A DNA stretch of 64,000 nucleotides from contig OZ024743.1 of NCBI GenBank assembly GCA_964016885.1, positions 170,128,001 to 170,192,000 of the forward strand. Reading direction: 5' to 3'. Source of the stretch: Eledone cirrhosa (lineage: Eukaryota). Shown here piece by piece: positions 37,217-51,902 of the stretch; position 1 is the stretch's first letter, and each line of letters starts with the position of its first letter. A program made the position numbers and the translations under genes. Below the pieces are notes generated by a model. The model saw only the letters and a list, made by a program, of their open reading frames with translations. It made no database searches and was not told where the DNA came from.

Positions 37217-37252
37217 ATATATATATAATATACATATATATATATATATATA

Positions 37253-37283
<31 letters not shown>

Positions 37284-37311
37284 GATATATATATATATAA
37301 ATGTAATATAC

Positions 37312-37345
<34 letters not shown>

Positions 37346-37348
37346 GTA

Positions 37349-37414
<66 letters not shown>

Positions 37415-37530
37415 GTAATATATATATATATATATATATATATGTGTAATATACATATATATATATATACATATATATATGTAATATACATATATATATA
37501 TAAAAATATATATATATATATATATATATG

Positions 37531-37620
<90 letters not shown>

Positions 37621-37639
37621 TATATATATATATGTATAT

Positions 37640-37724
<85 letters not shown>

Positions 37725-37835
37725 TATATATATATATGTATATTACATATATATATATATATATAGGTTTTAATATAGATGAGATTCTACAGGACTAGAA
37801 CTGTTTCATTCATTATATATATATATATAAATGTA

Positions 37836-37877
<42 letters not shown>

Positions 37878-37880
37878 GTA

Positions 37881-37915
<35 letters not shown>

Positions 37916-37998
37916 CGTTATTTCGGGTTGAATCGGAGGTAACCACAGTAAGTAAGGTACTCAATACATAGCAGAGTATAAAGGTTTTAATATAGATG

Positions 37999-38049
37999 AG
38001 ATTCTACAGGACTAGAACTGTTTCATTCATTAGAAATCATCAGGAATCT
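37999..38049 (-). ncRNA. Type I hammerhead ribozyme (family P7)
   Basis: Reverse complement of 38634-38684. Confidence 0.85.
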
Positions 38050-38633
38050 GGGTATCAAAAAATAAAAATGGTATTTTTAGGTCTCTACAAGTGGTAGGAG
38101 AGGGTGGGGAGTGGGATGGGTGCAGGTCATTGTTTATGGTTGCGCGTAATTGTGTGAGTGAGTATGTTTTTTTGTTTTTTTGTGAATGTGTCTGTTGATT
38201 TTTGGCATATAGTTGATTAGTTTAAGAGAAGTTCGAAGATAATAGTAAGATATGCACTCAGTATTTTGAATCTGCCTGCAGAATTCTCTAGACCTTTGTC
38301 ACTTAGTAGAACCTTAATGATTTTAGCTTTTAAAGAACCCTTTTCTTTAATTCTATCGACCATGACTGACCCCCCACTGATTTTATAGACATCTGTTAGC
38401 TTAAGAGAAACTTAATGACAAGGAATGGTATGCCATCCGGAACCTGTTTATAGAATTCTGTCTGCCCTTGTTACTCTAAAAACATAAATAAATAAAAATA
38501 AACTATAGCTTTGTAGAATTAGCTTTTAATGAATTCCCTTTTCTATCAACCAATGGCCTGCACCCATCCCACTCCCCACCCTCTCCTACCACTTGTAGAG
38601 ACCTATAAATACCATATTTATTTTTTGATACCC

Positions 38634-38684
38634 AGATTCCTGATGATTTCTAATGAATGAAACAGTTCTAGTCCTGTAGAATCT
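38634..38684 (+). ncRNA. Type I hammerhead ribozyme (P7) with a genuine 4-bp stem III
   Basis: AGATTC CTGATGA TTTC TAAT GAAT GAAAC AG TTCTAGTC CT GTA GAATCT. Confidence 0.85.
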
Positions 38685-38766
38685 CATCTATATTAAAACC
38701 TTTATACTCTGCTATGTATTGAGTACCTTACTTACTGTGGTTACCTCCGATTCAACCCGAAATAAC

Positions 38767-38798
<32 letters not shown>

Positions 38799-38801
38799 TA
38801 C

Positions 38802-38835
<34 letters not shown>

Positions 38836-38863
38836 GTATATTACATTTATATATATATATATC

Positions 38864-38894
<31 letters not shown>

Positions 38895-39216
38895 TATATA
38901 TATATATATATATGTATATTATATATATATAACGCATCGCCCGGTCCAGGAATCGAACTCACAATCAAAAGATTGTGAATCCAATTGTCTAACCACTCAG
39001 CCACACGCCTTCACTAATATACATATATTGTGATTGTGAGTTCGATTCCTGGACCGGGCGATGCGTTATGTCCTTGAGCAAGACACTTTATTTCACGTTG
39101 CTCCTTCTACCTGGAGTTGCGACCGATAGATAGTATTAGCAACTGGAAACACCGACGAAAACATTGTTTCCTCGGTCTGATTTGACGAAAGTCGATCGAA
39201 CCTTTTATATGTATAT

Positions 39217-39253
<37 letters not shown>

Positions 39254-39264
39254 TACATATATAT

Positions 39265-39320
<56 letters not shown>

Positions 39321-39329
39321 CATATATAT

Positions 39330-39372
<43 letters not shown>

Positions 39373-39381
39373 CATATATAT

Positions 39382-39422
<41 letters not shown>

Positions 39423-39469
39423 CATATATATTACATATATATATATATATATATATATTACATATATAT

Positions 39470-39543
<74 letters not shown>

Positions 39544-39579
39544 CATATATATTACATATATATATATATATATGTATAT

Positions 39580-39650
<71 letters not shown>

Positions 39651-39654
<4 letters not shown>

Positions 39655-41390
39655 TCATCATCATCATCATCATCATCAACGTTTAACGTCTGTGTTCCAC
39701 ACTTGCATGGGTTTGGACGGGGGTATTCCCACTTGAGGCAAGAGTGATTGTCTTGCTCGCATAGGACTGTCTGGCAGGTTTTCTACAGTTGGATGCCCTT
39801 CCTAACACCAACCACATTTACAGTGTGGGTCTGGGAGGTTTTTACCGTGTTGCCTACACGGCCACATTACAGCGTGGACTGTGTGTTTTTTTGTCGTGAC
39901 ACCTACACGATCTCATTTGTCTCGGCCTCGATGGCGCGGCACCAACATAACTTTACATAGAACGGGGTGGTGTGGATGGGGTGGGGGGTGGTGGTGGTGG
40001 GACGGGGTGTATTTTGTTAGAGATGCCTACTGGCTGGAGTAGGTTTTACTATATATTTAGGTAAGGCGGGTCTTCTCTGTTACTGAGTACCGCCAAAGGT
40101 CTCGGTCCAGTGACATTGTCTTGGAGAGGTGTAAGTGTTGATGTCGGAGTTTATCAGCTCGTCCCAGGTTTTTCTAGGTCTGCCTATTCCGTGACTACCG
40201 TCTATCTTTATTGCCCTGCACTTTGTTATACAGCTATCGACTTTCATGCGCATCACGTGTCCATACCAACGTAGCCTTCTCTCGAGTAAACAACATCTGA
40301 TCCCTCTTATCTCTAATTTTTTCCTTAGTTCGTTTATGCTTTGCCGTTCACGTATATTACTGTTACACATCCAGCGGAGCATGCAAGCTTCGTTCCTCTC
40401 TAGTCTGCGTATATCCTCTGCACACAATGCCCAGGTCTCACTGCCATGCAGCATTGCTGTTCGTATGCAGGCATCGTACAACCTGCCTTTCATTTTTAGG
40501 GAGAACCCTTTAGCAGCTAATAGTGGTATAAGCTCTCTGAACTTTTTCCAACCAGTTCTGACTCTAGCTACAGTACTTTCAGAGCACCCTCCCCCACCGC
40601 TGATTTTATCGCCCAGGTAACGGAAGCTGTCCACTATTTCTATAGAACCCTCTGCGCAATTGAAAGAGCTAGTATTTTGTGGGCACTTGCTGCTACTTAT
40701 TGCACCAGAACACCGGCCACATGTAAAATCTATGTTCTTAGTTAGCTTACCTGTGATCCCACTACATCTTTTATGCACCCATACTTTGCATTTAGGACAT
40801 AAAATGGAGTTTCTACCTACGCCTTTCCTACACACCGAGCACGACCATTTCCCAGAAGGGACCGCCGCCTTGTTTTCTTTCCTACAAACTAGTACTTTGG
40901 TCTTAGCCAGGTTAATTTTAAGTCCTTTTGACTCTAGGCCGTGCTTCCATGTTTGGAATTTCTTCTCTAGCTCGGCCATTGATTCCGCTATGAGTGTCAG
41001 GTCGTCAGGAGTTCCCATGGGCAGCCTGTCTTGAACTCCTCTGTTATAGCCTGAAGGGCAATAATAAATAGTAGGGGGCTGAGAACAGAGCCCTGATGGA
41101 CGCCAACTTTTACGCTAAACTCTTCACTATATTCGTTGTTAATTCTAACCTTGCTGACTGTTTCTTTATACATGACTTGTATAGCCCCCACAAGCCATTC
41201 GTCAACGCCTAGTTTTCTAAGAGCCCACCAGATAATGGAGCGGGGGACTCTGTCGAAGGCTTTCTCCAAGTCGACAAAAGGTAAGTAGAGGGGTTTACCT
41301 TTAGCTAGGTACTTCTCCTGTAGTTGTCGTACTATGAAAAGAGCGTCTGTGGTACTTTTGCCTGACACAAACCCGAACTGCATTTCATCA
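39651..41390 (-). mobile_element. 5'-truncated RTE family A, same subfamily as 29711-33207
   Basis: ORFs 40997-41755 and 40080-41018. A small deletion hits the YADD motif. Shares the KWSCSV, MKVDSC and SHGIGR variants with the intact copy. Confidence 0.93.
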
Positions 41391-41433
41391 TATATATATA
41401 TGTAATATATATATATATATATATATATATGTA

Positions 41434-41476
<43 letters not shown>

Positions 41477-41536
41477 ATATACATATATATATATATATAT
41501 ATATGTAATATACATATATACATATAAAAATATATG

Positions 41537-41659
<123 letters not shown>

Positions 41660-41667
41660 ATATACAT

Positions 41668-41705
<38 letters not shown>

Positions 41706-41747
41706 GTAATATACATATATATAAATATATATATATATATATATGTA

Positions 41748-41826
<79 letters not shown>

Positions 41827-41828
41827 AT

Positions 41829-41865
<37 letters not shown>

Positions 41866-41890
41866 TACATATATATATATATATATATAT

Positions 41891-42301
41891 AGTATTTACG
41901 TATCTAGAAAGAGAAAAAAAGGGGGGATAGGTGATACATATAGTTATTTGCCAAGTAGCGTATGCCAAAGGTGCTCGATACTAGTGCCGGCAGTATTAAA
42001 TATTCGAAGTGTTAATATTTAGTGGGTTAGAGAGTTAGCAGAGCGTAAGCACATGGGAAAGTAAAAAATCGGAGAATAGACCATTAAAACATGTTTATTT
42101 AAAATATCACCTACGTACGTTTCGCCCAGTTGGGCTTCTCAAGGGCATAAATAATCACAAGTGTTCCTTATATTCCTCGGAAAGAGTTTTTGGGGTTAAA
42201 TCCACATCAAGGTTCACTGCTCGCAAAAATAACTTGTTTTGATTTTGCAGCAGGTCAAGGGAGGTAACTCTGGCCGGTGTTAGGGCAGTCTTTCCCGGAC
42301 A

Positions 42302-42333
<32 letters not shown>

Positions 42334-43856
42334 TATTTTGCCGCATCCGTTTGTCTGAGGCCTGGGTCTGGTATGCAAGGATTGTTTCCTGGGTGTTATT
42401 TTGCAGCGCCTGCCCACCGGGGTGTTAAGACTTGTTGCAGGGAGGTCCAGTGTACTATTTCACTCTTCATCCTTAACCCATCTGAAGAAGGATATTTTTA
42501 AGCGATGTGTACAACTTATCGCTGTTTCAGCTCTGCTGTTGATAAGCTCGTGGGGTGCAGTTATGATGTGGTAGAGCTCCATGAGGCAAAGATCGCATTT
42601 CCTCTTGAAGTTGTACGGTGCAGCCCCGCCGACAATCTCCCAGTGCGTGGAGAAGCTGATGTTTAAGTCCTTTAGTGATGTGATGTAGTCCGCGAGCGAA
42701 GTGGAGTGCCTAAGTTTTCTATTTGTGAAAGAGTGGAGATGTGTTCGAAACCTAATTTTGAACGGGCTGGAGGTGGCCCCTATATAATGTTTAACGCTAT
42801 TGTGGCTAGTAATAGTGCATCTATATATAACCCTATCAGTCAAGCAGTATCCTCTAAGGGGGCAGCGTCCTCTGTCGCGGTTCCGTCTATTTCCCACAGT
42901 AAGGCTATCATTGTTGCTGCCTACGTTGTTATCTACGCTACCGCAGCTGTCGTTAGCACAATTACAACCCACAGCACGCGGGGTGGTGCGATTGTTATTC
43001 CGCACGTCATGTTCTGCATGTTCCTCAGTCATTTTGCGGTCATTCTGGTTGCGTCTGCGGATGCCGTTGCCAACACTATTGGATGCTGCCAGGGAGTTGT
43101 TAAGGCCGATATAGTTATTGTCAGGTGTAGGTGCATCTGTGTCGAGGTGCTGTCTCTTGGTGATCTTACTGTGGTTCGTTGTTCCTATGATGTCTGCTAG
43201 GTTAGGAGTAGAAGAGAAGGATATTTTTATATTGTTCCTATTAAGAATTTTTCTATACCTATGGTTGGGCGGAAAGTTCTTCTCTAAGGCTTCGAAGAAC
43301 ATCCGGGGTATGTTGGAGGCCACACTCCGAGAGTAGGGGGTGTGGAACCATAGGACGTTACGGTGGCGATTACGTGTCCTTGTACTTTTGCTACGGGTGG
43401 TTCCATCTAAGTGACCGCTCTTATGTGTGTTAATACGCAGTCGCCCGTTCGGTGCCCCTTTCACTATATGCTCGGGTGCACTCTTTCTACCTCTTCCATG
43501 TTTATGTACACGAAGATGTTGGTTGGAAGGCGTTGGTAGTAGGCCGTCGCCTTTGTTGGTTTTGTAATAGGGGAATAGTTTGAGTAATCTACAATGTTCA
43601 CCGTTGCCGGGGACGTGATCTTTGGTGCGGTTGTCTATTCTATTATATCCGACTTCAACGAGGTCGCCGCGTGATCGGTTATAGGTATAGCTTACTATAA
43701 CGTTAGTTTTATGAGGGGGGTGGTTTCTAGAGCTAGCGTTAGGGATGTAGGAAATTCCTCGGTTAAAGCCGGCGCTATTCAGGGCCCTATTGTAGTAATC
43801 AGCCGCTTGGTTGAAGATATCCTCATTGGCGGATAGCCTCGAGATTCTATGTGAGA

Positions 43857-43860
<4 letters not shown>
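41891..43860 (-). mobile_element. 5'-truncated Penelope-like element (Naiad-type): RT C-terminus, linker, GIY-YIG and 3' pLTR
   Basis: The frame is open from ~43857 (ISHRISRLSANEDIFNQAADYYNRAL) through RNVLWFHTPYS, CPLRGYC, VIY..YIGAT..FKIRFRTH, CDLC and CTH to the stop at 42460. (TA)n on both sides. Confidence 0.9.
42105..42149 (-). ncRNA. Hammerhead-like motif with variant core (CUUGAGAA) in the PLE 3' region
   Basis: Reverse complement reads TATGCC CTTGAGAA GCCC AACT GGGC GAAAC GTAC GTA GGTGATA. Confidence 0.65.
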
Positions 43861-43927
<67 letters not shown>

Positions 43928-43932
43928 CTATA

Positions 43933-44126
43933 TCTAATTATGAAAATTAACGGCTGAGCAGCCTAATTTGCATATTGAGTGAGTTAAATCGGTCAGGCAT
44001 ACCGAGAACGATAAGTTGAAAAAAATGAAAACGAAATTTCATTTCTCACTCTTAGTATGGCACTTACTTAAATGTAAGTATGTATGTATACGTACATACA
44101 TATATGTATACAGACGTACAGTAGCA

Positions 44127-44194
<68 letters not shown>

Positions 44195-44389
44195 TATACA
44201 TACACATACACATATGCATACAGGTACACATACATATATGCACGCATCAGTTTAGCCGACGTTTATTATAACGCGTGCTTTGTTCGTTTGTTTGTCAACA
44301 AATCGAACAGCCTGAATTTATGCCATACAGTGTTAAGGCAACCACGTCACCTTTTTGTTCAACACTGACACAGGAACGATGTACTAGTT
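43933..44389 (-). mobile_element. P2 unit truncated inside hammerhead stem III
   Basis: Reverse-complement match to ~4218-4605. Ends at GAACGATGTACTAGTT, followed by (TA)n. Confidence 0.8.
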
Positions 44390-44434
44390 ATATATATATA
44401 TATATGTATATTATATATATATATATATGTATAT

Positions 44435-44518
<84 letters not shown>

Positions 44519-44536
44519 CATATATATATATATATG

Positions 44537-44578
<42 letters not shown>

Positions 44579-44661
44579 TATATATATATATATATATGTA
44601 TATTACATATATATATATATATATATTTATGTATGTATATTACATATATATATATGTATAT

Positions 44662-44734
<73 letters not shown>

Positions 44735-44767
44735 ATTACATATATATATATATATATGTATGTATAT

Positions 44768-44806
<39 letters not shown>

Positions 44807-44969
44807 ATGTATATTACATATATATATATATGTATGTATATTACATATATATATATATATATATGTATGTATATTACATATATATATATGTATGTATATT
44901 ACATATATATATATATATATATGTATGTATATTACATACATATATATATATATATATATGTATGTATAT

Positions 44970-45008
<39 letters not shown>

Positions 45009-45009
<1 letters not shown>

Positions 45010-45420
45010 GTAGGAGGTGAGTTTTATTGTAGTACAATAAAGCAATGCAGATATCGGATAAGAAGCACTCTACAGTTTGTAGGACTGGAGTATACATAAT
45101 ATAAGATCAAAAGATAGTTAAAGGAGTTCCATGTATTTTATTATGCGCATTTCAAAAACAAACATCATCATGCAATAATATTTATGTTTTTTATCAGATA
45201 AAACAGGAGAACATGATATGAAGGCTAAAAAACACTTGTGGATAGTGCAGTTATGTTGATTTAAAACTGCACTATCCACAAGTATTTTTTAGCCTTCATA
45301 TCATGTTTTCCTGTTTTATCTGAAGAAAACACAAATATTATTGCATGATGATGTTTGTTTTTGAAATGCGCATAATAAAATACATGGAACTCCTTTAACC
45401 ATCTTTTGATCTTATATTAT
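45009..45420. mobile_element. P6 fold-back pLTR-like unit
   Basis: Arms at ~45096-45252 and 45265-45420. Same family as 35130-35400. Confidence 0.82.
45312..45382 (+). ncRNA. Minimal type I hammerhead ribozyme (P6, CUGAAGA core)
   Basis: TGTTTTAT CTGAAGA AAACACAAATAT..ATGTTTGTTTTT GAAA TGCGCA TA ATAAAATA. Confidence 0.8.
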
Positions 45421-45502
45421 ATATATATATGTATGTATATTATATATATATATATATATATGTATGTATATTACATACATCTATATATATATGTATGTAT
45501 AT

Positions 45503-45578
<76 letters not shown>

Positions 45579-45711
45579 TATATACATATATATATATACA
45601 TATATATATATACATATATATATATACACATATATATATACATATATATATATACACATATATATATACATATATATATATACATATATATATATACATA
45701 TATATATATAC

Positions 45712-45744
<33 letters not shown>

Positions 45745-45757
45745 CATATATATATAC

Positions 45758-45804
<47 letters not shown>

Positions 45805-45813
45805 CATATATAC

Positions 45814-45886
<73 letters not shown>

Positions 45887-46010
45887 CATACATATATATA
45901 TATACATATATACATATATATATACATATATATATACATATATATATATACATATATATATACATACATGTATATATATATGTATATATATATATATGTA
46001 TATATATATG

Positions 46011-46062
<52 letters not shown>

Positions 46063-46117
46063 TATATACATACATGTATATATATATATGTATATATATA
46101 TATATGTATGTATATAT

Positions 46118-47528
46118 GTAAAGTTAGGGTTGGCAATGAGTATAGCGAGGAATTTAGCGTACAGGTTGGGGTCCACCAGGGCTCTGTTCTTAGCCCTCTC
46201 CTGTTCATCATAGTCCTGCAGGCAATAACGGAGGAGTTTAAGACCGGATGCCCATGGGAACTCCTGTATGCTGATGACCTCGCACTCATAGTTGAATCTA
46301 TGGTAGAACTAGAGAATAAATTCCAAACCTGGAAGCAGGGACTAGAGAGAAAGGGCCTCAAAGTCAACATGACAAAGACTAAGGTCCTTATAAGTAGACG
46401 AGAAAACAGAACCCAGATCCCCTCAGGGAAATGGCCTTGCTCAGTATGTAGGAAAGGTGTAGGTAGGAACTCCATTCTCTGCCTCAAATGCAAACAATGG
46501 GTACACAAGAGATGTAGCGGGATCTCAGGAAGCTTAATTAAGAATGTAGGATTCACATGCAGCAGCTGTGCTGAAACAAACAGCAAGCAGCAAACAGCCA
46601 CAGGAAACAAGTACCACCAATCTCTGGGAGGGCCCTGTAGAAACAGTAGACAGCTTCTGCTACCTAGGTGACCGAATTAGCAACGGAGGTGGGTGCTCAG
46701 AAAGTACAATGACTAGGGTAAGAACGGGATGGAAGAAGTTTAGGGAACTACTACCACTGCTAGCTGCAAAAGGCTTCTCCCTCAGAATGAAAGGCAGACT
46801 GTATGATGCGTGTATCCGAACAGCGATGTTGCATGGTAGTGAGACCTGGGCGCTGAAGGTGGAAGACTTACGTAGATTAGAGAGAAACGAAGCCTGCATG
46901 CTCCGATGGATGTGTAACAGTAATATACGTGAACGACAAAGCATAAATGAATTGAGAGAGAGACTGAGCATAAGAGGAATCAAATGCTGCGTGCAGGAGA
47001 GGCGGTTACGCTGGTATGGACATGTGATGCGTATGAAGGATGACAGCTGCATAAAAAGGTGCAGAGCACTAGAAGTTGATGGAAACCGCGGAGTGGGGAG
47101 ACCCAAGATGACTTGGGATGAGGTGATAAAAGCCGACCTTACCCAACTACACCTCTCAAAGTCAATGACACACGACCGTGACTTCTGGCGTCACACAGTA
47201 ATACAGGGTACCCGACCTCCCATGGGTACATGCTGAAGCATATAAACAATATGCCCCCCCCCCCACCGCAAGGTGGTCGTGGAGGTGCCACGGCAAAAAA
47301 GCACCCAGCCCACACTGTAAAGTGGACGTGTAGGCGCCACAAAAAAGCACCCAGCACTCACTGTAAATGAGGTTGGTGTTAGGAAGGGCATCCAGCTGTA
47401 GAAATCAAGCCAGATCAGTTCCTGTATGAGCAAGGCATGGTCAGCCGACCAGACACTGCCCACAACAGGACAACCCGTCAAACCCATGCTAGCGTGGAAG
47501 AACGGACGTAAAACGGTGATGATGATGA
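46118..47528 (+). mobile_element. 5'-truncated RTE family C with a frameshift
   Basis: [19 protein letters not shown]-like finger, then ORF 46568-47236, 3'UTR and (GAT)n tail. Confidence 0.92.
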
Positions 47529-47534
47529 TATATG

Positions 47535-47625
<91 letters not shown>

Positions 47626-47808
47626 GTATATATATATATATATGTATATATATATGTATATATATATATATATATATACATATATATATCTATATATATA
47701 TATACATATATAAAGGTATATATATATACATATATATATGTATATATATATGTGTATATATATATACATATATATATGTATATATATATACATATATATA
47801 TGTATATA

Positions 47809-47871
<63 letters not shown>

Positions 47872-48450
47872 GTATATATATATGTATATATATATATGTA
47901 TATATATATATGTATATATATATATGTATATATATATATATGTGTATATATATATATGTATATATATATATATGTATATATATATATGTATATATATATA
48001 TATGTGTATATATATATCTGTATATATATGTATATATATATATGTATATATATATCTGTATATATATGTATATATATATATGTGTATATATATATGTATA
48101 TATATGTATATATAACGGCGATGAATTAGTTCTGCGAGGTTTTTGATATGAAATCGTGTGTCGAAACAAATATTGTTGCAGATGTGCAACGAAAGAACAT
48201 TGATAAACTATATATATGTGTTTGTGTCTATATTGTATCTGTATTATTTTTTACCGTTGGTCAGTCAATGGCAACATTGAGGACCGAATAAATTAAATTA
48301 ACCGATATAAAAGACACAGAAGCGAAAACGAAAACCAACCAAACAGTGAGTGTGTTCTGTTATTAATTCTGGCAACATTACACAAATATGACCCTCCCCA
48401 AGTATAACAATATGTATATATATATATCTATATATATATGTATATATAAT

Positions 48451-48793
48451 GGAGGCACATGGCTTAGTGGTTAGAGCATTGGCCTTGCAATCGAAAGGTT
48501 GTGAGTTCAATTCTCAGACCAGGTGATGTGTTGTTTCCTTGAGCAAGACACTTTATTTCACATTGCTCCAGTTTACTCAGCTGTAGAAATGAGATGATAG
48601 GGATGGGGGTCCCTATCATTCCACTGTAAAGTGGTCGTGGAGATGCCACGGCAAAAAAGCACCCAGCACTCACTGTAATTGAGGTTGGTGTTAGGAAGGG
48701 CATCCAGCTGTAGAAATCAAGCCAGAATCAGTTCCCATCCCACCCTTGCAAGCAGGGAAAAGCAGACGTAAAATGATGATGATGATGATGATG
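48451..48793 (+). mobile_element. SINE family S2
   Basis: Matches 28869-29207, with (GAT)n tail. Confidence 0.88.
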
Positions 48794-48798
48794 TTATG

Positions 48799-48831
<33 letters not shown>

Positions 48832-48863
48832 GTATATATGTATATGTATATATGTATATGTAT

Positions 48864-48996
48864 ATTATAATAAATGTTCGGTAAATCCATACATACATAT
48901 ATATATGCATGTACGTATACATACTTATATATATATATACGTATACATACTTATATATATATATATACATATATATATATACATATATATATATAC

Positions 48997-49027
<31 letters not shown>

Positions 49028-49846
49028 CATATATATACATATATATATACATATATATATATACATATATATATACATATATATATACATCTATATATAC
49101 ATATATATATACATATATATACACATATATATACATATATATATACATATATATATACATATATATGTACATATATATATACATATATACATATATATAC
49201 ATATATATATATATATACATATCAAAGACAATGACACACGACCATGACTTCTGGCGTCAGCAGTAATACAGAGTACCCGACCTCCCATGGGTACATGCTG
49301 AAGCATATAAACATTATGCCGCCACACCACCCACACCCCCCCACCGCAAAGGTGGTTGTGGAGGTGCCACGGCACAAAAGCACCCAGCCCACACTGTAAA
49401 GTGGAAGTGTAGGCGCCACGAAAAAGCACCCAGCACTCACTGTAAATGAGGTTGGTGTTAGGAAGGGCATCCAGCTGTAGAAATCAAGCCAGATCAGTTC
49501 CTGTATGAGCAAGGCATGGTCAGCCGACCAGACACTGCACACAACAGGACAACCCGTCTAACCCATGCTAGCATGGAAGAACGGACGTAAAACGGTGATG
49601 ATGATGATGATGATGATGATATATATATACATATATATATACATGTATATATACATATATATATACATATATATATACACATATATAGACATATATATAC
49701 ACATATATATACATATATATATACATATACATATATATACATATATATATACATATATATAGACATATATATACATATATATACATATATATAAATATAT
49801 ATATACATATATATATACATATATATATATATATACATATATATAC

Positions 49847-49878
<32 letters not shown>

Positions 49879-49907
49879 GTATATATATACATGTATATAT
49901 ATACATG

Positions 49908-49958
<51 letters not shown>

Positions 49959-49959
49959 G

Positions 49960-49990
<31 letters not shown>

Positions 49991-50088
49991 GTATATATAT
50001 GTATATATATATGTATATTATATTTCAATATATATATATATACATATATATTGAAATATAATATACATATATATATACATATATATAC

Positions 50089-50119
<31 letters not shown>

Positions 50120-50120
50120 C

Positions 50121-50171
<51 letters not shown>

Positions 50172-50200
50172 CATGTATATATATACATGTATATATATAC

Positions 50201-50232
<32 letters not shown>

Positions 50233-51051
50233 GTATATATATGTATATATATATATATATGTATATATATATGTATATATATATTTATATATATGTATAT
50301 ATATGTATATATATGTCTATATATATGTATATATATATGTATATATATGTATATGTATATATATATGTATATATATGTGTATATATATGTCTATATATGT
50401 GTATATATATATGTATATATATATGTATATATACATGTATATATATATGTATATATATATCATCATCATCATCATCATCATCACCGTTTTACGTCCGTTC
50501 TTCCATGCTAGCATGGGTTAGACGGGTTGTCCTGTTGTGTGCAGTGTCTGGTCGGCTGACCATGCCTTGCTCATACAGGAACTGATCTGGCTTGATTTCT
50601 ACAGCTGGATGCCCTTCCTAACACCAACCTCATTTACAGTGAGTGCTGGGTGCTTTTTCGTGGCGCCTACACTTCCACTTTACAGTGTGGGCTGGGTGCT
50701 TTTGTGCCGTGGCACCTCCACAACCACCTTTGCGGTGGGGGGGTGTGGGTGGTGTGGCGGCATAATGTTTATATGCTTCAGCATGTACCCATGGGAGGTC
50801 GGGTACTCTGTATTACTGCTGACGCCAGAAGTCATGGTCGTGTGTCATTGTCTTTGATATGTATATATATATATATATGTATATATATGTATATATGTAT
50901 ATATATATGTACATATATATGTATATATATATGTATATATATATGTATATATATGTGTATATATATGTATATATATATGTATATATAGATGTATATATAT
51001 ATGTATATATATATGTATATATATATATGTATATATATATGTATATATATG

Positions 51052-51082
<31 letters not shown>

Positions 51083-51215
51083 GTATATATATATATGTAT
51101 ATATATATATGTATATATATATATATAAGTATGTATACGTATATATATATATAAGTATGTATACGTACATGCATATATATATGTATGTATGGATTTACCG
51201 AACATTTATTATAAT
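48864..51215. repeat. Essentially perfect 2.35-kb palindrome centred at 50039/50040
   Basis: Mirror ORFs with coordinate sum 100079 (49222/50857, 48874/51205, 49558/50521). Microsatellite lengths appear identical in both arms. Confidence 0.95.
49221..49620 (+). mobile_element. RTE family C 3' end (mirrored at 50459-50858 on the minus strand)
   Basis: Similar to 47155-47528. Confidence 0.88.
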
Positions 51216-51902
51216 GCTCGGTGTGTTTATAAACAATGATGGTTGATAGACACTGTACGGCTTAATTCGGGATGTTTGTTTATAAACACACCGAGCATAA
51301 TAATAAATGTTCGGTAAATCCATACGTACATATATATATGTTTGCATGTATGTATATATATATACATACTACTGTACGTCTGTATACATATATGTATGTA
51401 CGTATACATACTTATATTTAAGTAACAGCCGTACTAAGAGTGGGAAAGAAATTTCGTTTCATTTTTTCCATTTATCGTTTTCGGTGCACTCAGCCGATTA
51501 ACCCACTCGATATGCAAATTGGGCTACTCAGCCGTTAATATGCATAAGGAAAGTATATACTTTCGGATGTTCAACAATCTGGTAGGAAGGTATACGTTGC
51601 TGACGATAGCTAACAAGCTTGAAACTAGTACAGCGTTCCTTTGGCAGTGTTGAACAAACGAGCAACGGTGGTTGCTAGAGACTACGGCTTAATACGGGAT
51701 GTTTGTTTACAAACACACCGAGCATTATAATAAATGTTTGGTGAATCCATGCGTACATACATATATGTGTGCATGTATGTATATATATATCCATGCTACT
51801 GTACGTCTGTATACATATATGTATGTACGTATATATACTTATATTTAAGTAACAGCCATACTAAAAGTGGGAAATTAAATTTCGTTTCATTTTTCCGATT
51901 AA
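51127..51902 (+). mobile_element. P2 element: inverted 5' piece plus ~1.5 tandem units (~427-bp period)
   Basis: TACGGCTTAAT recurs at 51256 and 51683. 51185-51236 is inverted relative to 51277-51330. Confidence 0.8.
51594..51636 (+). ncRNA. Minimal type I hammerhead ribozyme (P2)
   Basis: ACGTTG CTGACGA TAGCT AACA AGCTT GAAAC TA GTA CAGCGT. Confidence 0.85.

Larger units (their letters stand above)
36890..39250. repeat. Large interrupted inverted repeat (SINE, microsatellite and hammerhead arms) around a ~430-bp spacer
   Basis: 37916-38125 is the reverse complement of 38556-38768, and ~36890-37380 of ~38769-39250. Confidence 0.85.

Noticed and set aside
48137-48190. Hammerhead-like remnants (also at 19815-19890, 25535-25570, 59875-59968 and 60124-60188)
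   Set aside because: Stems are partly present but the CUGANGA, GAAA or NUH core is missing or altered. They are too decayed to call.
44275-51246. Many long YIYI/ICIY ORFs (also at 4962-5253, 29109-29554 and 34422-39747)
   Set aside because: These are translations of (TA)n microsatellites that lack stop codons, not genes.
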